Shown here: piece by piece, positions 37,480 to 48,668 of the stretch
Numbering within the stretch: the stretch's first letter is position 1
Layout: each line of letters starts with the position of its first letter
Assembly: GCA_040877415.1 (NCBI GenBank)
Contig: JBBDNV010000140.1
Location: forward strand, 6,157-70,156
Direction of reading: 5' to 3'
Length of the DNA: 64,000 bases
Source of the DNA: Pirellulales bacterium
Lineage (GTDB): Bacteria; Planctomycetota; Planctomycetia; Pirellulales; PALSA-1355
Notes under the pieces: model-generated
The model's database searches: none
What the model was told of the DNA's origin: nothing
The model's input: only the letters and a program-made list of their open reading frames with translations
Made by a program: the position numbers and the translations under genes

Positions 37480-38854
37480 ATACGCGCAGGTGGCACGGAC
37501 GTATCTGGGACGCCTGAGGTTCTGGATCTTTGGCGGCCTGTACTTGTGGGTCGCGCTGGTGATTCTGCCGACGCGTTGGGCGACCCCGCACGAAAGACCG
37601 GATCGGGGTCTCGTCGCCACGGGGCTGCTCCTGTCGCTCCTGCTCTCTGGCGTTACCGGAAGCCTGGCTGCCTTGCACCTGCGCCGTTTGCTGACCGGCC
37701 CGGCGGCCCACGTCGTGCCTGGCTTCGTGGGACCACACTTGCTCGTGGGCGCGCTCGTGAGCCCGGTGATTTGGGCCGCCGTGCCGTGGGCGCAAGCAAA
37801 CATGACCGCCATGAGCCCATTGCGCGTGATCGCGCTCGGTTCGCTGGCCGGCACGCTGTCGGCGCTCGTGCTCTTGTGGCCTCGGGCGATCGTCTTGCTT
37901 GGTTTGCTGCCGGTCTTTCTCGTTTGGATCGCGACCCAGCGCCCGGGCGCCGCGCTGTTGGTGCGATTCTTCAACGGCGAGGAGCCCCTCGCTTCGACGG
38001 CCGCTATCGTGCTGGCCGTACTGGCCTATCCCATCGCCGCGCTGGCGCTCGTGCTCGCGCGCGATCGGGCCGGGACCTTCAGCGACGAACTGGTGCTCGA
38101 TCGGTCGCACGAAGTTACCAGCCGCTGGAAGCAGCCGCTCTTGCACCTGCGCGACGCGGCCATCGAATGGCGGATCGGTTCCCCCGGGAGATTCGCCTGG
38201 CAGTGGCGGCGCTGGCTGATTCCGTGCGCCGCGTCCTGGACCGAGATCGGCCTGCTGTTGGCGCTCGTAATCGCGGTCGTGACCGCGACCGGCCTGGCGT
38301 CAGGGAACGCTGACGCAGCCTTGCTCGTCGCGGCGGTAGCCGGCATCGTGGTCTTGTTCATTCCTTTGAGTTCCTGGCGATTCCGCTCGATGGCGTTGGC
38401 CGGCGAGTGCACCCGGCCGGTCACGCGCCGGCAATTCGTCCGCCAGTTCATGGGCGCCATGCTCTGGGACTTTGCGGGCTGGACCGCCGTGGCCTCGCTC
38501 GTTAGCGCGCTTGGATACCTGCCCCTGGCGTGGGCGGGCGAGTGGAATCTCCTTTCCCAATTCGGGGGTCACGCCGCGATTCTTTGGACCCTGTCGATCC
38601 TGTTGTACGGGATCGCGCTTGCGACCCTGCGGCTGCGTTACTGGTTGCCCTGGTTCCTGGGACTATTGATCGGTTCGCTCTTTACGATGGGTTACGTGCT
38701 GAGCTGGCTTACCTACTGGTGGAACCAGGTTCCCAAGCTCCAACAGTTCCGTCCCTTCCTGGGCGTCACCGTCTTTATAGTCGTATTGGCCGGCTTCGGA
38801 TTGCTGCTGGGAGCGCTCGCCTATCGCCGCTGGCTGACGATGGAAGTCAACTAG
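37472..38854 (+). CDS. Polytopic membrane protein (putative permease partner of the ABC ATPase)
   Basis: 460 aa with many hydrophobic helices. It overlaps the ATPase gene by 8 nt. No known motif. Confidence 0.6.
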   Translation: MNRYAQVARTYLGRLRFWIFGGLYLWVALVILPTRWATPHERPDRGLVATGLLLSLLLSGVTGSLAALHLRRLLTGPAAHVVPGFVGPHLLVGALVSPVIWAAVPWAQANMTAMSPLRVIALGSLAGTLSALVLLWPRAIVLLGLLPVFLVWIATQRPGAALLVRFFNGEEPLASTAAIVLAVLAYPIAALALVLARDRAGTFSDELVLDRSHEVTSRWKQPLLHLRDAAIEWRIGSPGRFAWQWRRWLIPCAASWTEIGLLLALVIAVVTATGLASGNADAALLVAAVAGIVVLFIPLSSWRFRSMALAGECTRPVTRRQFVRQFMGAMLWDFAGWTAVASLVSALGYLPLAWAGEWNLLSQFGGHAAILWTLSILLYGIALATLRLRYWLPWFLGLLIGSLFTMGYVLSWLTYWWNQVPKLQQFRPFLGVTVFIVVLAGFGLLLGALAYRRWLTMEVN

Positions 38855-38873
38855 CGACTCCGGCGGCAATACT

Positions 38874-38985
38874 AACCCGAAGCGCCAGCGAGGGAGAATT
38901 GTCCGAACGGCTTCGCATCCGACCCTGGCTTGCTCGTCGCGCGCGCATTCCCTTCGCTTTTCTCTCGCTCCGCTCGCCCGAGCAG
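38874..38985. repeat. Degenerate family A REP copy
   Basis: The left arm ACCCGAAGCGCCAGCGAGGGA is intact. The right side is decayed (TCCCTTCGCTTTTCTCTCGCTCCGCTCGCCCGAG). Confidence 0.35.
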
Positions 38986-39036
38986 GCTAGAATTACGCGG
39001 ACGCGGGTAAGCATCTTCCGCAGGGCCAAGGGCGCC

Positions 39037-39540
39037 ATGAGCAATTCCAACTCGCGCATCGCCGTCTACACCGGCTCGTTCGACCCGATCACGCTCGGGC
39101 ATCTGAACGTCATCGAGCGCGCCAGCCGGCTGGTCGACAAGCTGATCGTCGGGATCGGCATCAATATCGAGAAGCAATCGCTCTTTTCGCCCGAGGAGCG
39201 CGTGGCGCTCGTGCGCTCGAGCACAAAACACTTGAAGAACGTCGAGGTGCGGTCCTTTTCCGGTTTGGCGGTCAGTTTCTGCCGGCAGTGCGGGGGCCAG
39301 GTGCTATTGCGCGGCGTGCGCTCGCTGGGCGACATCGAGGCCGAATTCACGATGATCATGGCCAACCGCAAGCTCGACCCGGGCATCGAGACGGTCTTAC
39401 TGATGGCCGACGAGGGGTTCTCGCACGTCTCCAGCTCGCTGATCAAGCAGATCGCCTCGATGGCCGGCGACGACGAGCTGGCCCGCTTCGTACCCAAAGA
39501 AGTCGTCTCGGCGATCCGCCAGCAGATGACGGCCGGCTGA
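39037..39540 (+). CDS. coaD: Pantetheine-phosphate adenylyltransferase
   Basis: AVYTGSFDPITLGHLNVI nucleotidyltransferase motif. ATG at 39037 inside track ORF 38530..39540. Confidence 0.9.
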   Translation: MSNSNSRIAVYTGSFDPITLGHLNVIERASRLVDKLIVGIGINIEKQSLFSPEERVALVRSSTKHLKNVEVRSFSGLAVSFCRQCGGQVLLRGVRSLGDIEAEFTMIMANRKLDPGIETVLLMADEGFSHVSSSLIKQIASMAGDDELARFVPKEVVSAIRQQMTAG

Positions 39541-39613
39541 TCGCCCCAAGCCGTCCAGCCGCTTGCGGCTTAGCCTTCTCTGCAAAACGCCCTTTCGAAC
39601 CGCCCGGATCTTG

Positions 39614-39642
39614 TTGCAGTCCTGCCGCCCGCATGCTAGAAT
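39614..39642 (+). promoter_or_regulatory. Candidate sigma-70-type promoter
   Basis: TTGCAG-N17-TAGAAT, 38 nt upstream of the ATG at 39680. Confidence 0.35.
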
Positions 39643-39679
39643 CGCTCCGACAATTCGAGCCGGGATTCGGTGCAGCTCC

Positions 39680-40573
39680 ATGCCACTTCGCAACTCGACC
39701 CTCTCGCGGCCGCCCGGCCGACCGCGATTCTGGGTACTCGCCCCTGTTGTCCTCGCGCTCGTGGCGGCATCTCCGTGCCAGGCCATCACGATTAACGCCA
39801 CCTTCCGCAATCCCGGCGAAACGCTGACCGGCTTCGGCGTCGCCGAGTCCGAGCCTGCGAACACCGAAGGGGGCGGCGTGCTGCAGTCGCTCGCCAGCGC
39901 CGCGGTCGCCTACTGGGAATCGGCCTATGCCGACGACTTTACGCTGTCGCTTGAATTCGGCTGGTTTTCGCTGGCCACCGCGACCGGCACGCACATTCTC
40001 TTGAGCGAAGGGGGCGTTCCCCACCGGGAGACCTCGGGCTCAGTGGCCTTCGACAGCGATGGGTCGACCATCTGGTTTGTCGATCCGACGCCGGCCACTT
40101 CCGGCGAATTCATCACGTTCACCAACTACACCGCCGATCTGGGCGGCGGAACGATGAACGTGGGCAGAGAGTACACCGGCGGCGTGGGAGCCGCCGCCCG
40201 CCACGATTTATTGACGACGGCCCTGCACGAGTTCGGCCACGCGCTGGGACTTTCAAGCGCCAACAACGCCTTCGTCGCGGAACGGGTCGACGACGACGTC
40301 GACGTGACGGCTCCCTTGCCGTTTTCCGGCTCGGCGATTCCTCTTGAAACGACGAGTGCCCATCTGGACATGCTTCATCCCCTCATGCGGGCCTCGCGTC
40401 CCTCCGCAGTGCGCCGCTTCGCATCCGAGGCCGACATCCTGGCCAACGCCCAGATCAGCCAGTTTCACCAGGTGAACCTGATGCCGATGATTCCCGAGCC
40501 GGCAACGCTCACGCTGTTGGCTTTGGGTCTCGTCGTTTTGCCGCTGGCGCGGTGCCTGAGGACGCGGAAGTAA
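39680..40573 (+). CDS. PEP-CTERM protein carrying an HExxH zincin-like motif
   Basis: Signal peptide ...ASPCQA, LLTTALHEFGHALGLSS, and C-terminal IPEPATLTLLALGLVVLPLARCLRTRK. Confidence 0.7.
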   Translation: MPLRNSTLSRPPGRPRFWVLAPVVLALVAASPCQAITINATFRNPGETLTGFGVAESEPANTEGGGVLQSLASAAVAYWESAYADDFTLSLEFGWFSLATATGTHILLSEGGVPHRETSGSVAFDSDGSTIWFVDPTPATSGEFITFTNYTADLGGGTMNVGREYTGGVGAAARHDLLTTALHEFGHALGLSSANNAFVAERVDDDVDVTAPLPFSGSAIPLETTSAHLDMLHPLMRASRPSAVRRFASEADILANAQISQFHQVNLMPMIPEPATLTLLALGLVVLPLARCLRTRK

Positions 40574-40672
40574 TCGGTCGACAAGTCTTGGGCGGCGAAG
40601 CGATACGACCAATCAGTCCCCGGAAATCAACGGCTCCAAACGACCCGCGCGGCAGCCTGGCGGCTTCGCCGG

Positions 40673-41749
40673 TCAGTTCTTCCCCGTCCCGTCGCCGTCT
40701 TCCTTGTTCAGGTGGCGGCGCAGGTAGCGGGCCCGCTCGATGTTGCGGTCGGCCGTGTCGAGCTCCACGCCGCGCAGCTTTTGCAAGTGCGCCGGCTGGG
40801 TGTGGATGAAAAGCTCGTTCAAAAGCGGGATTTGCAAATCGTCGATCAGGCCCAAATTCACGCCCATCCGCACGCTGGACAGCAAATGCATCGTCTCCTC
40901 GGAGCTGATGGTCTGCGCCGTGCGCAGGATGCCGTAGGCCCGGCTCACCTTGTCGTGCAGGTTTTCGTGGCTTTCGCGGACCAGAAAATCGCGGGCACGG
41001 CGCTCGTAATCGATCAAAACCGGCACGATGTCGCCGACTTGCCGGACCAGCTCGAGCTCGCTTTTGCCGAGCGTGATCTGGTTGGAAATCTGGTAGAAAT
41101 CGCCCATGGCCTGCGAGCCCTCGCCGTACAGCCCACGCACCGCCAGGCTGATTTTCTGCAGGCTGCGGAACACCTTGTCGATCTGCCGCGTGATCACCAG
41201 CGCCGGCAAGTGCAACATCACGCTGACGCGCACGCCGGTGCCGACGTTCGTGGGGCAGGCCGTCAGGAATCCGAGCTTGGGGTGATAGGCGAACGCCAGC
41301 ACGTCGGCCAGCAGCGAGTCGATCCGGTCGATCTGCTGCCAGGCCCCTTCCAGGTCCAGGCCGCTGTGCATCACCTGGATCCGCAGGTGATCCTCTTCGT
41401 TGACCATCAGGCTGACCTGCTCGTTGCGGGCGATGGCCACTCCGCGGGCACCCTCGCTTTCGGCGTGCTCGCGGCTGATCAATTGGCGTTCGACGAGAAA
41501 CTGGCGGTCGATGACCTTCAACTCGTTGACGTTGACGTATTCCAACTCGCCCGATTCCTGGATCTCGAGGACGCGGTCGCGGAGGATCTCCTCGATCTCG
41601 GTGCGGTCCTCCTGGCTGGCGCGGCTGATGAAGGGGAATTCGGCCAGGTTGCGCGCCAGCCGCACGCGGCTGCTGATGACGATATCGCTCTCGGGGCCGC
41701 TGCCCCGCAGCCACTCGCCGCTCTTGGTTACCAGTTCGTTGAGGTCCAC
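40673..41749 (-). CDS. mcsB: Protein-arginine kinase (ATP:guanido phosphotransferase)
   Basis: Phosphagen-kinase catalytic motifs including MVNEEDHLRIQ and CPTNVGTG. Confidence 0.85.
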   Translation of the reverse strand: MDLNELVTKSGEWLRGSGPESDIVISSRVRLARNLAEFPFISRASQEDRTEIEEILRDRVLEIQESGELEYVNVNELKVIDRQFLVERQLISREHAESEGARGVAIARNEQVSLMVNEEDHLRIQVMHSGLDLEGAWQQIDRIDSLLADVLAFAYHPKLGFLTACPTNVGTGVRVSVMLHLPALVITRQIDKVFRSLQKISLAVRGLYGEGSQAMGDFYQISNQITLGKSELELVRQVGDIVPVLIDYERRARDFLVRESHENLHDKVSRAYGILRTAQTISSEETMHLLSSVRMGVNLGLIDDLQIPLLNELFIHTQPAHLQKLRGVELDTADRNIERARYLRRHLNKEDGDGTGKN

Positions 41750-41775
41750 GGCTATCGTTCCACTACCGGCCCAGG

Positions 41776-42288
41776 CTACTTCTTCCTGGGCGGCTCCTCG
41801 ATGTTGCGTATGTCGTCGCGCAGCTTTGACGCCAGCTCGTAGTCCTCCTCGTCAATCGCTTCCTTCATCTCGCGCCGCAGGCGGATGAGCTGCGTGCGGT
41901 TTTCGGTCCCTTCGGGGAATCTGGCCGACTTCTTGCCCGTGTGCTCCGTTTCGCCGTGAATGTTGACGATCAGCGGTTCGAGTTCGGCCTTGAAGCAAAT
42001 GTAGTCGTAGGGGCAGCCCAGGCGGCCCTGATTGCGAAACTCGTAGAACGTTACGCCGCACACCGGACAGGTGCGCTGGTCGAGCCGCGCAAGATCCTCG
42101 GCCGTCTGGCCGACGGCTAATTGCTGGGCCAGCACGCCGGCCAGGCTGGGCGCCACGGCCGGCTCGTCGTCCGACTGCGTCAGATATTGCCGCGCGTGCT
42201 CCTCGCACAAGTGCAATTCTTGCGGCTTGCCGTTGGTCAGTTCCGTGATGTGGAAGGTGGCCGTCTTGTTACATTGCTGGCACTTCAT
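41776..42288 (-). CDS. mcsA: McsA-like activator (zinc-finger plus UVR-motif protein)
   Basis: MKCQQCNK...LCEEH, CPVCG...C Cys clusters and a C-terminal UVR-like EEDYELASKLRDDI. It lies 26 nt upstream of mcsB. Confidence 0.7.
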   Translation of the reverse strand: MKCQQCNKTATFHITELTNGKPQELHLCEEHARQYLTQSDDEPAVAPSLAGVLAQQLAVGQTAEDLARLDQRTCPVCGVTFYEFRNQGRLGCPYDYICFKAELEPLIVNIHGETEHTGKKSARFPEGTENRTQLIRLRREMKEAIDEEDYELASKLRDDIRNIEEPPRKK

Positions 42289-42731
42289 GGAAATCCCCAA
42301 GAGTCGGTCTGTGGCGGCCGCATGACACGACCTGCCCGGCAACCGCGTCGCGCTAGCGGCCATACAGATCAATTATATCAAGGGGGAGCGCAAGGCCAGT
42401 GGGATTCTAACAACACCCAAAGGGGTGTTCAAGGCGAATAGCGGCCGGCGCGAAAAACGCAAGCTATCGACCAAAAAACGCGCCCTGGTTCGAGCAAATC
42501 GTGACGCGTTGTCGCGCCGCCAAGCGCCTGATAAGCTTTACTTTCGACCTCGCAGCTCGAACGATAGAGGCCGCCGGAGGAAAGCCGCGAAACACTCGCT
42601 CGCCCGCGGCCTGAAAGCCTCCGGTTGAAAGCCGGCCGAACCAGACCCGGCCGTGCCAGTGTCCTTTCGTTGAATAGAACCGCGCCCTTGCGACTGGGGG
42701 TGCCGCGTCCGACGGGGGCGCGGCCGCACTC

Positions 42732-44252
42732 ATGAAGTACTTCCCGGATTTTGACGCGTTTAAGAAACTGGCCACGGGCGTCCAGTTCGTGCCGGTCTGC
42801 CGCCGCCTGCTGGGCGATACGCTGACCCCCGTTTCGGCCTTTCACAAGATCGACGCGGGCCCGAGCGCCTGTTTGTTCGAAAGCGTCATCGGCGGCGAAA
42901 AAGTGGGCCGCTACAGCTTTCTGGCCGCCGACCCGTTCTTGCAGTTGGAAGCCCGGGATTCGCAAGTCACGGTCGTCTCCGAGAATGGCACGCAAACCTT
43001 CACTTCGGCCGATCCGCTCGATGAGCTTAAAAGTCGCGTGGAGGCGATCCGCTCGGCCACGCTCGACCAGTTGCCCCCTTTTACCAGCGGCGCCGTCGGC
43101 TACGCCGGCTACGACGTCATTCGCTATTCGGAGCATTTGCCCGACGCGCCGCCCAACGATCGCGCGCTGCCGGATCTGGCCTTCGCGTTTTACGACCACA
43201 TGGTCGTTTTCGATCACGTCAACAAGACGAACGTCGTGGTGGCGATGGCCCGGCTCGACAAGTTCGGCGCCGATCTGGCGGCCGCCTATGCCGACGCCCA
43301 GCGCCGCGTCGACCGGATCGTGGCGCAACTGGAGCGGCCCGACCTCACGCTGCCGCCGGCCGACATCGCCACCGGCGGACCCGCCGCGATCGCCTTCCGC
43401 TCCAATTTCACGCGGGAAGATTTCGAGCGGGCCGTCGAAAAATGCGTCGAATACATCCGCGCCGGCGACGTGTTTCAGGTCGTCATCAGCCAGCGGCTGC
43501 AACTGGAAATCCACTGCGAGCCGTTCGAGATTTATCGCACGCTGCGGGTCGTCAATCCCAGCCCGTTCATGTTCTACCTGCGCACCCCCAGCGTTACGCT
43601 CGTGGGCAGTTCGCCGGAGATCATGGTCCGCGTGGTCTCGGGCCGCGTCACGGTCCGCCCCTTGGCCGGCACGCGCCGCCGCGGGGCGACCGACGAGGAG
43701 GACCGGCGGTTGGCCGAAGAGCTTTTGGCCGATCCGAAGGAGCGGGCCGAGCACGTGATGCTGGTCGACTTGGGCCGCAACGACGTCGGCCGCGTGGCCC
43801 GCTACCGCTCGATCGAGCTTTCGGACGTGATGACTATCGAGCGCTACAGCCACGTGATGCACATCACGTCGAACGTCTGCGGGCAGTTGGCCGAAGGGCG
43901 CGACGCCTTCGACGCCTTGCGCGCCTGCCTGCCTGCCGGAACCGTCTCGGGCGCTCCCAAGGTTCGGGCGATGGAGATCATCGACGAGATCGAGCCGCAC
44001 CGCCGCGGTCCGTACGCCGGCGCCGTCGGCTACGTCGACTTCAACGGCAACATGGACACCTGCATCGCGCTGCGCACGATGGTCGTGCAAGGCAACCAGG
44101 CGTACGTTCAGGCCGGCGCGGGAATTGTGGCCGACAGCGTCCCGGCGGACGAATATCAGGAAACGCTCAACAAGGCCCGCGGCCTGCTCAAAGCCATCGA
44201 GATCACCGAAGCGCGCCGCGGGGAGGACAGAAGGCTGAAGGCTGAAGGCTGA
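42732..44252 (+). CDS. trpE: Anthranilate synthase component I
   Basis: Chorismate-binding motifs [25 protein letters not shown] and GAGIVADS. Confidence 0.9.
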   Translation: MKYFPDFDAFKKLATGVQFVPVCRRLLGDTLTPVSAFHKIDAGPSACLFESVIGGEKVGRYSFLAADPFLQLEARDSQVTVVSENGTQTFTSADPLDELKSRVEAIRSATLDQLPPFTSGAVGYAGYDVIRYSEHLPDAPPNDRALPDLAFAFYDHMVVFDHVNKTNVVVAMARLDKFGADLAAAYADAQRRVDRIVAQLERPDLTLPPADIATGGPAAIAFRSNFTREDFERAVEKCVEYIRAGDVFQVVISQRLQLEIHCEPFEIYRTLRVVNPSPFMFYLRTPSVTLVGSSPEIMVRVVSGRVTVRPLAGTRRRGATDEEDRRLAEELLADPKERAEHVMLVDLGRNDVGRVARYRSIELSDVMTIERYSHVMHITSNVCGQLAEGRDAFDALRACLPAGTVSGAPKVRAMEIIDEIEPHRRGPYAGAVGYVDFNGNMDTCIALRTMVVQGNQAYVQAGAGIVADSVPADEYQETLNKARGLLKAIEITEARRGEDRRLKAEG

Positions 44253-44336
44253 ACGCACCAGCATGGAATCGATCCTTCCGCCTTCCGCCTTCCGCCTTCA
44301 TCCTTCCGCCTTCATCCTTCATCCTTCATCCTTTCT
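44230..44336. repeat. Heptanucleotide tandem repeats: (GAAGGCT)x3 in the last trpE codons, then (CCTTCCG/CCTTCAT)x8
   Basis: GAAGGCTGAAGGCTGAAGGCTGA at 44230-44252, and CCTTCCG x3, CCTTCAT, CCTTCCG, CCTTCAT x3 at 44274-44329. The two tracts are near reverse complements of each other. Confidence 0.85.
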
Positions 44337-44428
44337 TCTTTCGCCCCATTGCGTGAATCGATCGAGCGCTACACAATGCCAAATTCGCGGTCGTTTGCTC
44401 GCCGTTTCTTGGCCCGGATGACACACGC

Positions 44429-44744
44429 ATGATTTACGTTGTCGCCACGATCGAACTACACGCCGGCCGGCGCGAGGCGTTCCTGGCCGCGCAACGCGAT
44501 TTGCTGCCGCGCGTTCGCGCCGAAGTCGGATGCCTCGAATATGCGCCCAGCATCGACTTCGCCCTCACCGATCCGCCCAAGAAGCCGCTCCGCGAAAACG
44601 TCGTCGTGATGCAGGAAAAGTGGGAATCGCTCGACGCCCTGCGGGCCCACTTCACCGCGCCCCACATGCAGGAGTTTCGCGAAAAAGTCGAGCGGATGGT
44701 CGTCGGCACGAAAGTCGAAGTCTTTGAATCGGTAATAGCGGTTT

Positions 44745-44746
<2 letters not shown>
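44429..44746 (+). CDS. ABM-domain (antibiotic biosynthesis monooxygenase-like / putative quinol monooxygenase) protein
   Basis: 105 aa with a ferredoxin-like pattern: IELHAGRREAFL...MQEKWESLDALRAHFTAPHMQEF. Confidence 0.7.
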
Positions 44747-46123
<1,377 letters not shown>

Positions 46124-46147
46124 CGCCGCCGGCAACGCGCGCACATT

Positions 46148-46274
46148 AGCCCCCGGCTTTGCCGGGGGATTCTCTTTTGCGGTTCTTACAGCGGGAACCC
46201 TTTTGTCGTCACCCATGCGCGTTCCCGCGGCAAACCGATCCCGGCAAAACAATCCCCCGACAAGGCCGGGGGCT
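46148..46274. repeat. REP-like element, family B (longer copy with an internal GCGGGAAC...GTTCCCGC hairpin)
   Basis: AGCCCCCGGCTTTGCCGGGGGAT (46148-46170) ... ATCCCCCGACAAGGCCGGGGGCT (46252-46274), 25 nt after the eno stop. Confidence 0.8.
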
Positions 46275-46331
46275 AAAGTGGTATGATGCGAGAAGTGTTG
46301 GTGTTAAACCCCTTCGCAACCGTTTACCGCC

Positions 46332-46703
46332 ATGTCCGGGTCCGTTCCGCCGCCGCACACAAAAGGGCCCCTCACCGATTCGCCCTGGTTTTGGGTGACG
46401 CTGTTTTGCGCCGCGGGCATGATGTTCCTGTTGGCCATTTGGCCGCAGTATGCGGCGCGGCAAAGGCGGTTGGAGATGCAATACCGGGCGCGCCAGGAGA
46501 TCGTTCGGCGGCAAGCGGCGGGCGAAAGCGCCGCGCGCGAGCCCGGCGCAGAAGGCGACGCGCGGCCGCCGGCCGAATTGATCATTCCGATCTGGCCGCT
46601 GTGGCTCTTGCTGGCCGCGCTGTTGGCGGTTTCTGCAACCTTGTTCTGGCGCAGCCGCCGGCGAATCGCAAATCCCCAGCCGACGCGGGGAGCACGAACG
46701 TGA
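46332..46703 (+). CDS. Hypothetical two-TM membrane protein
   Basis: Two hydrophobic helices flank a charged coil. Its stop overlaps the next start (GTGA). Confidence 0.4.
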   Translation: MSGSVPPPHTKGPLTDSPWFWVTLFCAAGMMFLLAIWPQYAARQRRLEMQYRARQEIVRRQAAGESAAREPGAEGDARPPAELIIPIWPLWLLLAALLAVSATLFWRSRRRIANPQPTRGART

Positions 46704-47233
46704 CGATCTTCGTCGAAAGCCCCTGGCCCGCCACCATGCTGTGCATCGTTCTGGAAGTGATCCTGAGCATCATTTTCATGCGCACCGGCCGGGGACTGGT
46801 CGTGGTGGCCATGGGAGTGGTCCTGGCGATTACCGCCGCAATGCTGGTGCTCGAGCGAACCATCGTCACCGACACCGAGGAAGTCGAAGACACGCTCGAC
46901 GGCATCGCGGAAGCTCTGGAAGCGAACGACGCCGCCGCGGTGCTGGCCGCGATCTCGCCCGCGTGTCCCAAGCTCGCGCAAGCGCGCTCGGCGCTTGACG
47001 ACGTGACGATTCGTTCGGCCTCGGTGGGCGCCGACCTGGAAGTGCGGATCAGCAAGCTCACCAATCCCCCCACGGCCACGGCCTATTTCACCGGCCGCAT
47101 CGAAGGGAAAGACAATCGCGGCACGATTCCCTACGAGCACTTCGTGCGCAAGTTCAAAGTCAAGCTCGAAAAGCGCGGCGACCGCTGGCTGGTCACCGAT
47201 TACGACCAGGCCGACCCGGGCCGCCCGCGCTAA
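46700..47233 (+). CDS. Hypothetical membrane-anchored protein (possible NTF2/SnoaL-like fold)
   Basis: GTG at 46700 (the alternative ATG at 46736 is also possible). Two N-terminal TM helices, then a soluble domain ending ...KLEKRGDRWLVTDYD. Confidence 0.45.
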   Translation: MTIFVESPWPATMLCIVLEVILSIIFMRTGRGLVVVAMGVVLAITAAMLVLERTIVTDTEEVEDTLDGIAEALEANDAAAVLAAISPACPKLAQARSALDDVTIRSASVGADLEVRISKLTNPPTATAYFTGRIEGKDNRGTIPYEHFVRKFKVKLEKRGDRWLVTDYDQADPGRPR

Positions 47234-47254
47234 CCGCGGCCTGTCAGGCGGTCC

Positions 47255-47860
47255 CTACGGCTGTTTGGCGACGGGATGTTTGACCATCAACTGCTCGGTC
47301 TTGGGGTCGTAGACGTATTCGTCCCCGCTGGGCAGATCGGGCAAGTCGACTCCGTTTTCCTTGATAATGATGTCCATGAACTCTTCTTGAGTCTTGGGGC
47401 CCTTGTTGTCGTGGCCGGCCTTGTAGAGCTTCATGGCGCTGGGAATCTGGATTTCGAAGGCAATGCGTTCGCCGGTGCGAAAGTACTGCTCGATCGGCGT
47501 GGTGACGAAGCCCGGTTGGTAGTCGCGGCCTTTGGCGCCCACGCCCGCTTTGGCGACTTCGGCCGTGCCGTCATCGCTATTGCCTGGGCCGGCCGGCTGA
47601 GGGGCGTCGGCCGTCGGCTGGGCGTCGGGGCTCTGGGCGGCCGCTTCCGGCGCGCCGTCGGGCGCCGCCGCCGGCGCGGCAGCGATCTGGGCGGCACGCT
47701 CGCCTTTTGCCTGGTTGGGATTTCCCGGCGGGGCCGGCGATGGCGGAGCCGGCGCCCCGGAGCCAACATCCGCGGTTTGGGGCGCGGTCGAAACGTTTCC
47801 TTCGCAACCGATCGCGACGACCAGCGTCGCAATCATCAGGGCGTACCGTGCGAATCTCAT
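47255..47860 (-). CDS. Lipoprotein with a Pro/Ala-rich linker (hypothetical)
   Basis: MRFARYALMIATLVVAIGC lipobox. It lies 25 nt downstream of surE on the same strand. Confidence 0.55.
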   Translation of the reverse strand: MRFARYALMIATLVVAIGCEGNVSTAPQTADVGSGAPAPPSPAPPGNPNQAKGERAAQIAAAPAAAPDGAPEAAAQSPDAQPTADAPQPAGPGNSDDGTAEVAKAGVGAKGRDYQPGFVTTPIEQYFRTGERIAFEIQIPSAMKLYKAGHDNKGPKTQEEFMDIIIKENGVDLPDLPSGDEYVYDPKTEQLMVKHPVAKQP

Positions 47861-47885
47861 CGGCCTTCTCCTGTTCACAAAATCG

Positions 47886-48668
47886 TCAGCGGGCGGGTTT
47901 CTGTTCCGATAGGTCAAACTTCCAGCGCTCCATTTCCGCTAATTCGGAGCGTTTGGTCAAGTCAAAATCCAGGGGAGTGAGCGTGACAAATCCCTTCCGC
48001 AGGGCCGCAACGTCGGTTTCCTGCTCGCCATCGCTGGCGATCGGATCCGAGAGAGCCCAAAAATAACTGCGGCCCCGCGGATCGACGCGTTTTTCATATT
48101 GCTCGCGGGCCCGCTCCAGCCCCATCGGCACAATCTTCAAGCGGCGCTCGCGCGACTCGATCGCGACGGTCGGAATGTTCAAGTTATAAAGTTGCGGCGC
48201 GGAAGATTTCCTGGCGAGTAGCTGCTCGATCACCCCGCGCGCAAGCACCGCCGCGGCGTCGAACCGGGCATGGTCGTCGAACTCGAGCGACACGGCTATG
48301 CTGGTGATGCCGAAGAAGGCCCCTTCGATCGCCGCCGCCACCGTGCCCGAATACAGCACGTTGATCCCGGCGTTCAGCCCGCCGTTGATGCCGCTGACCA
48401 CCAGGTCGGGCAGCCGCGGGCAGAATTCGAAGATGCCGATTTTGACGCAATCGGCCGGGCTTCCCTCGACGGCCCATCCGCGCCGCTGCCGCGCTTCGAA
48501 CAGCTCCTTGACGACCAATGGGTTCAAATAGGTGATCGCGTGTCCGACGCCGCTTTGCTCGGTCGCCGGCGCGACGACGTACACTTCCCCGAGCCGCTCC
48601 AATTCGCGCTCCATGGCCGCCAGGCCGGGAGCGTAGATTCCGTCGTCGTTTGTCAGCAGTATTAGCAC
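47886..48668 (-). CDS. surE: 5'/3'-nucleotidase SurE
   Basis: The GTG start gives (M)[14 protein letters not shown], the canonical SurE N-terminus. The track ORF extends 38 codons further upstream. Confidence 0.85.
   Translation of the reverse strand: MLILLTNDDGIYAPGLAAMERELERLGEVYVVAPATEQSGVGHAITYLNPLVVKELFEARQRRGWAVEGSPADCVKIGIFEFCPRLPDLVVSGINGGLNAGINVLYSGTVAAAIEGAFFGITSIAVSLEFDDHARFDAAAVLARGVIEQLLARKSSAPQLYNLNIPTVAIESRERRLKIVPMGLERAREQYEKRVDPRGRSYFWALSDPIASDGEQETDVAALRKGFVTLTPLDFDLTKRSELAEMERWKFDLSEQKPAR

Noticed and set aside
44230-44336. Possible CRISPR array or other spaced-repeat locus.
   Set aside because: The repeats are contiguous 7-mers with no spacers. No 25-40-nt repeat/spacer periodicity and no cas gene occurs anywhere in the window.
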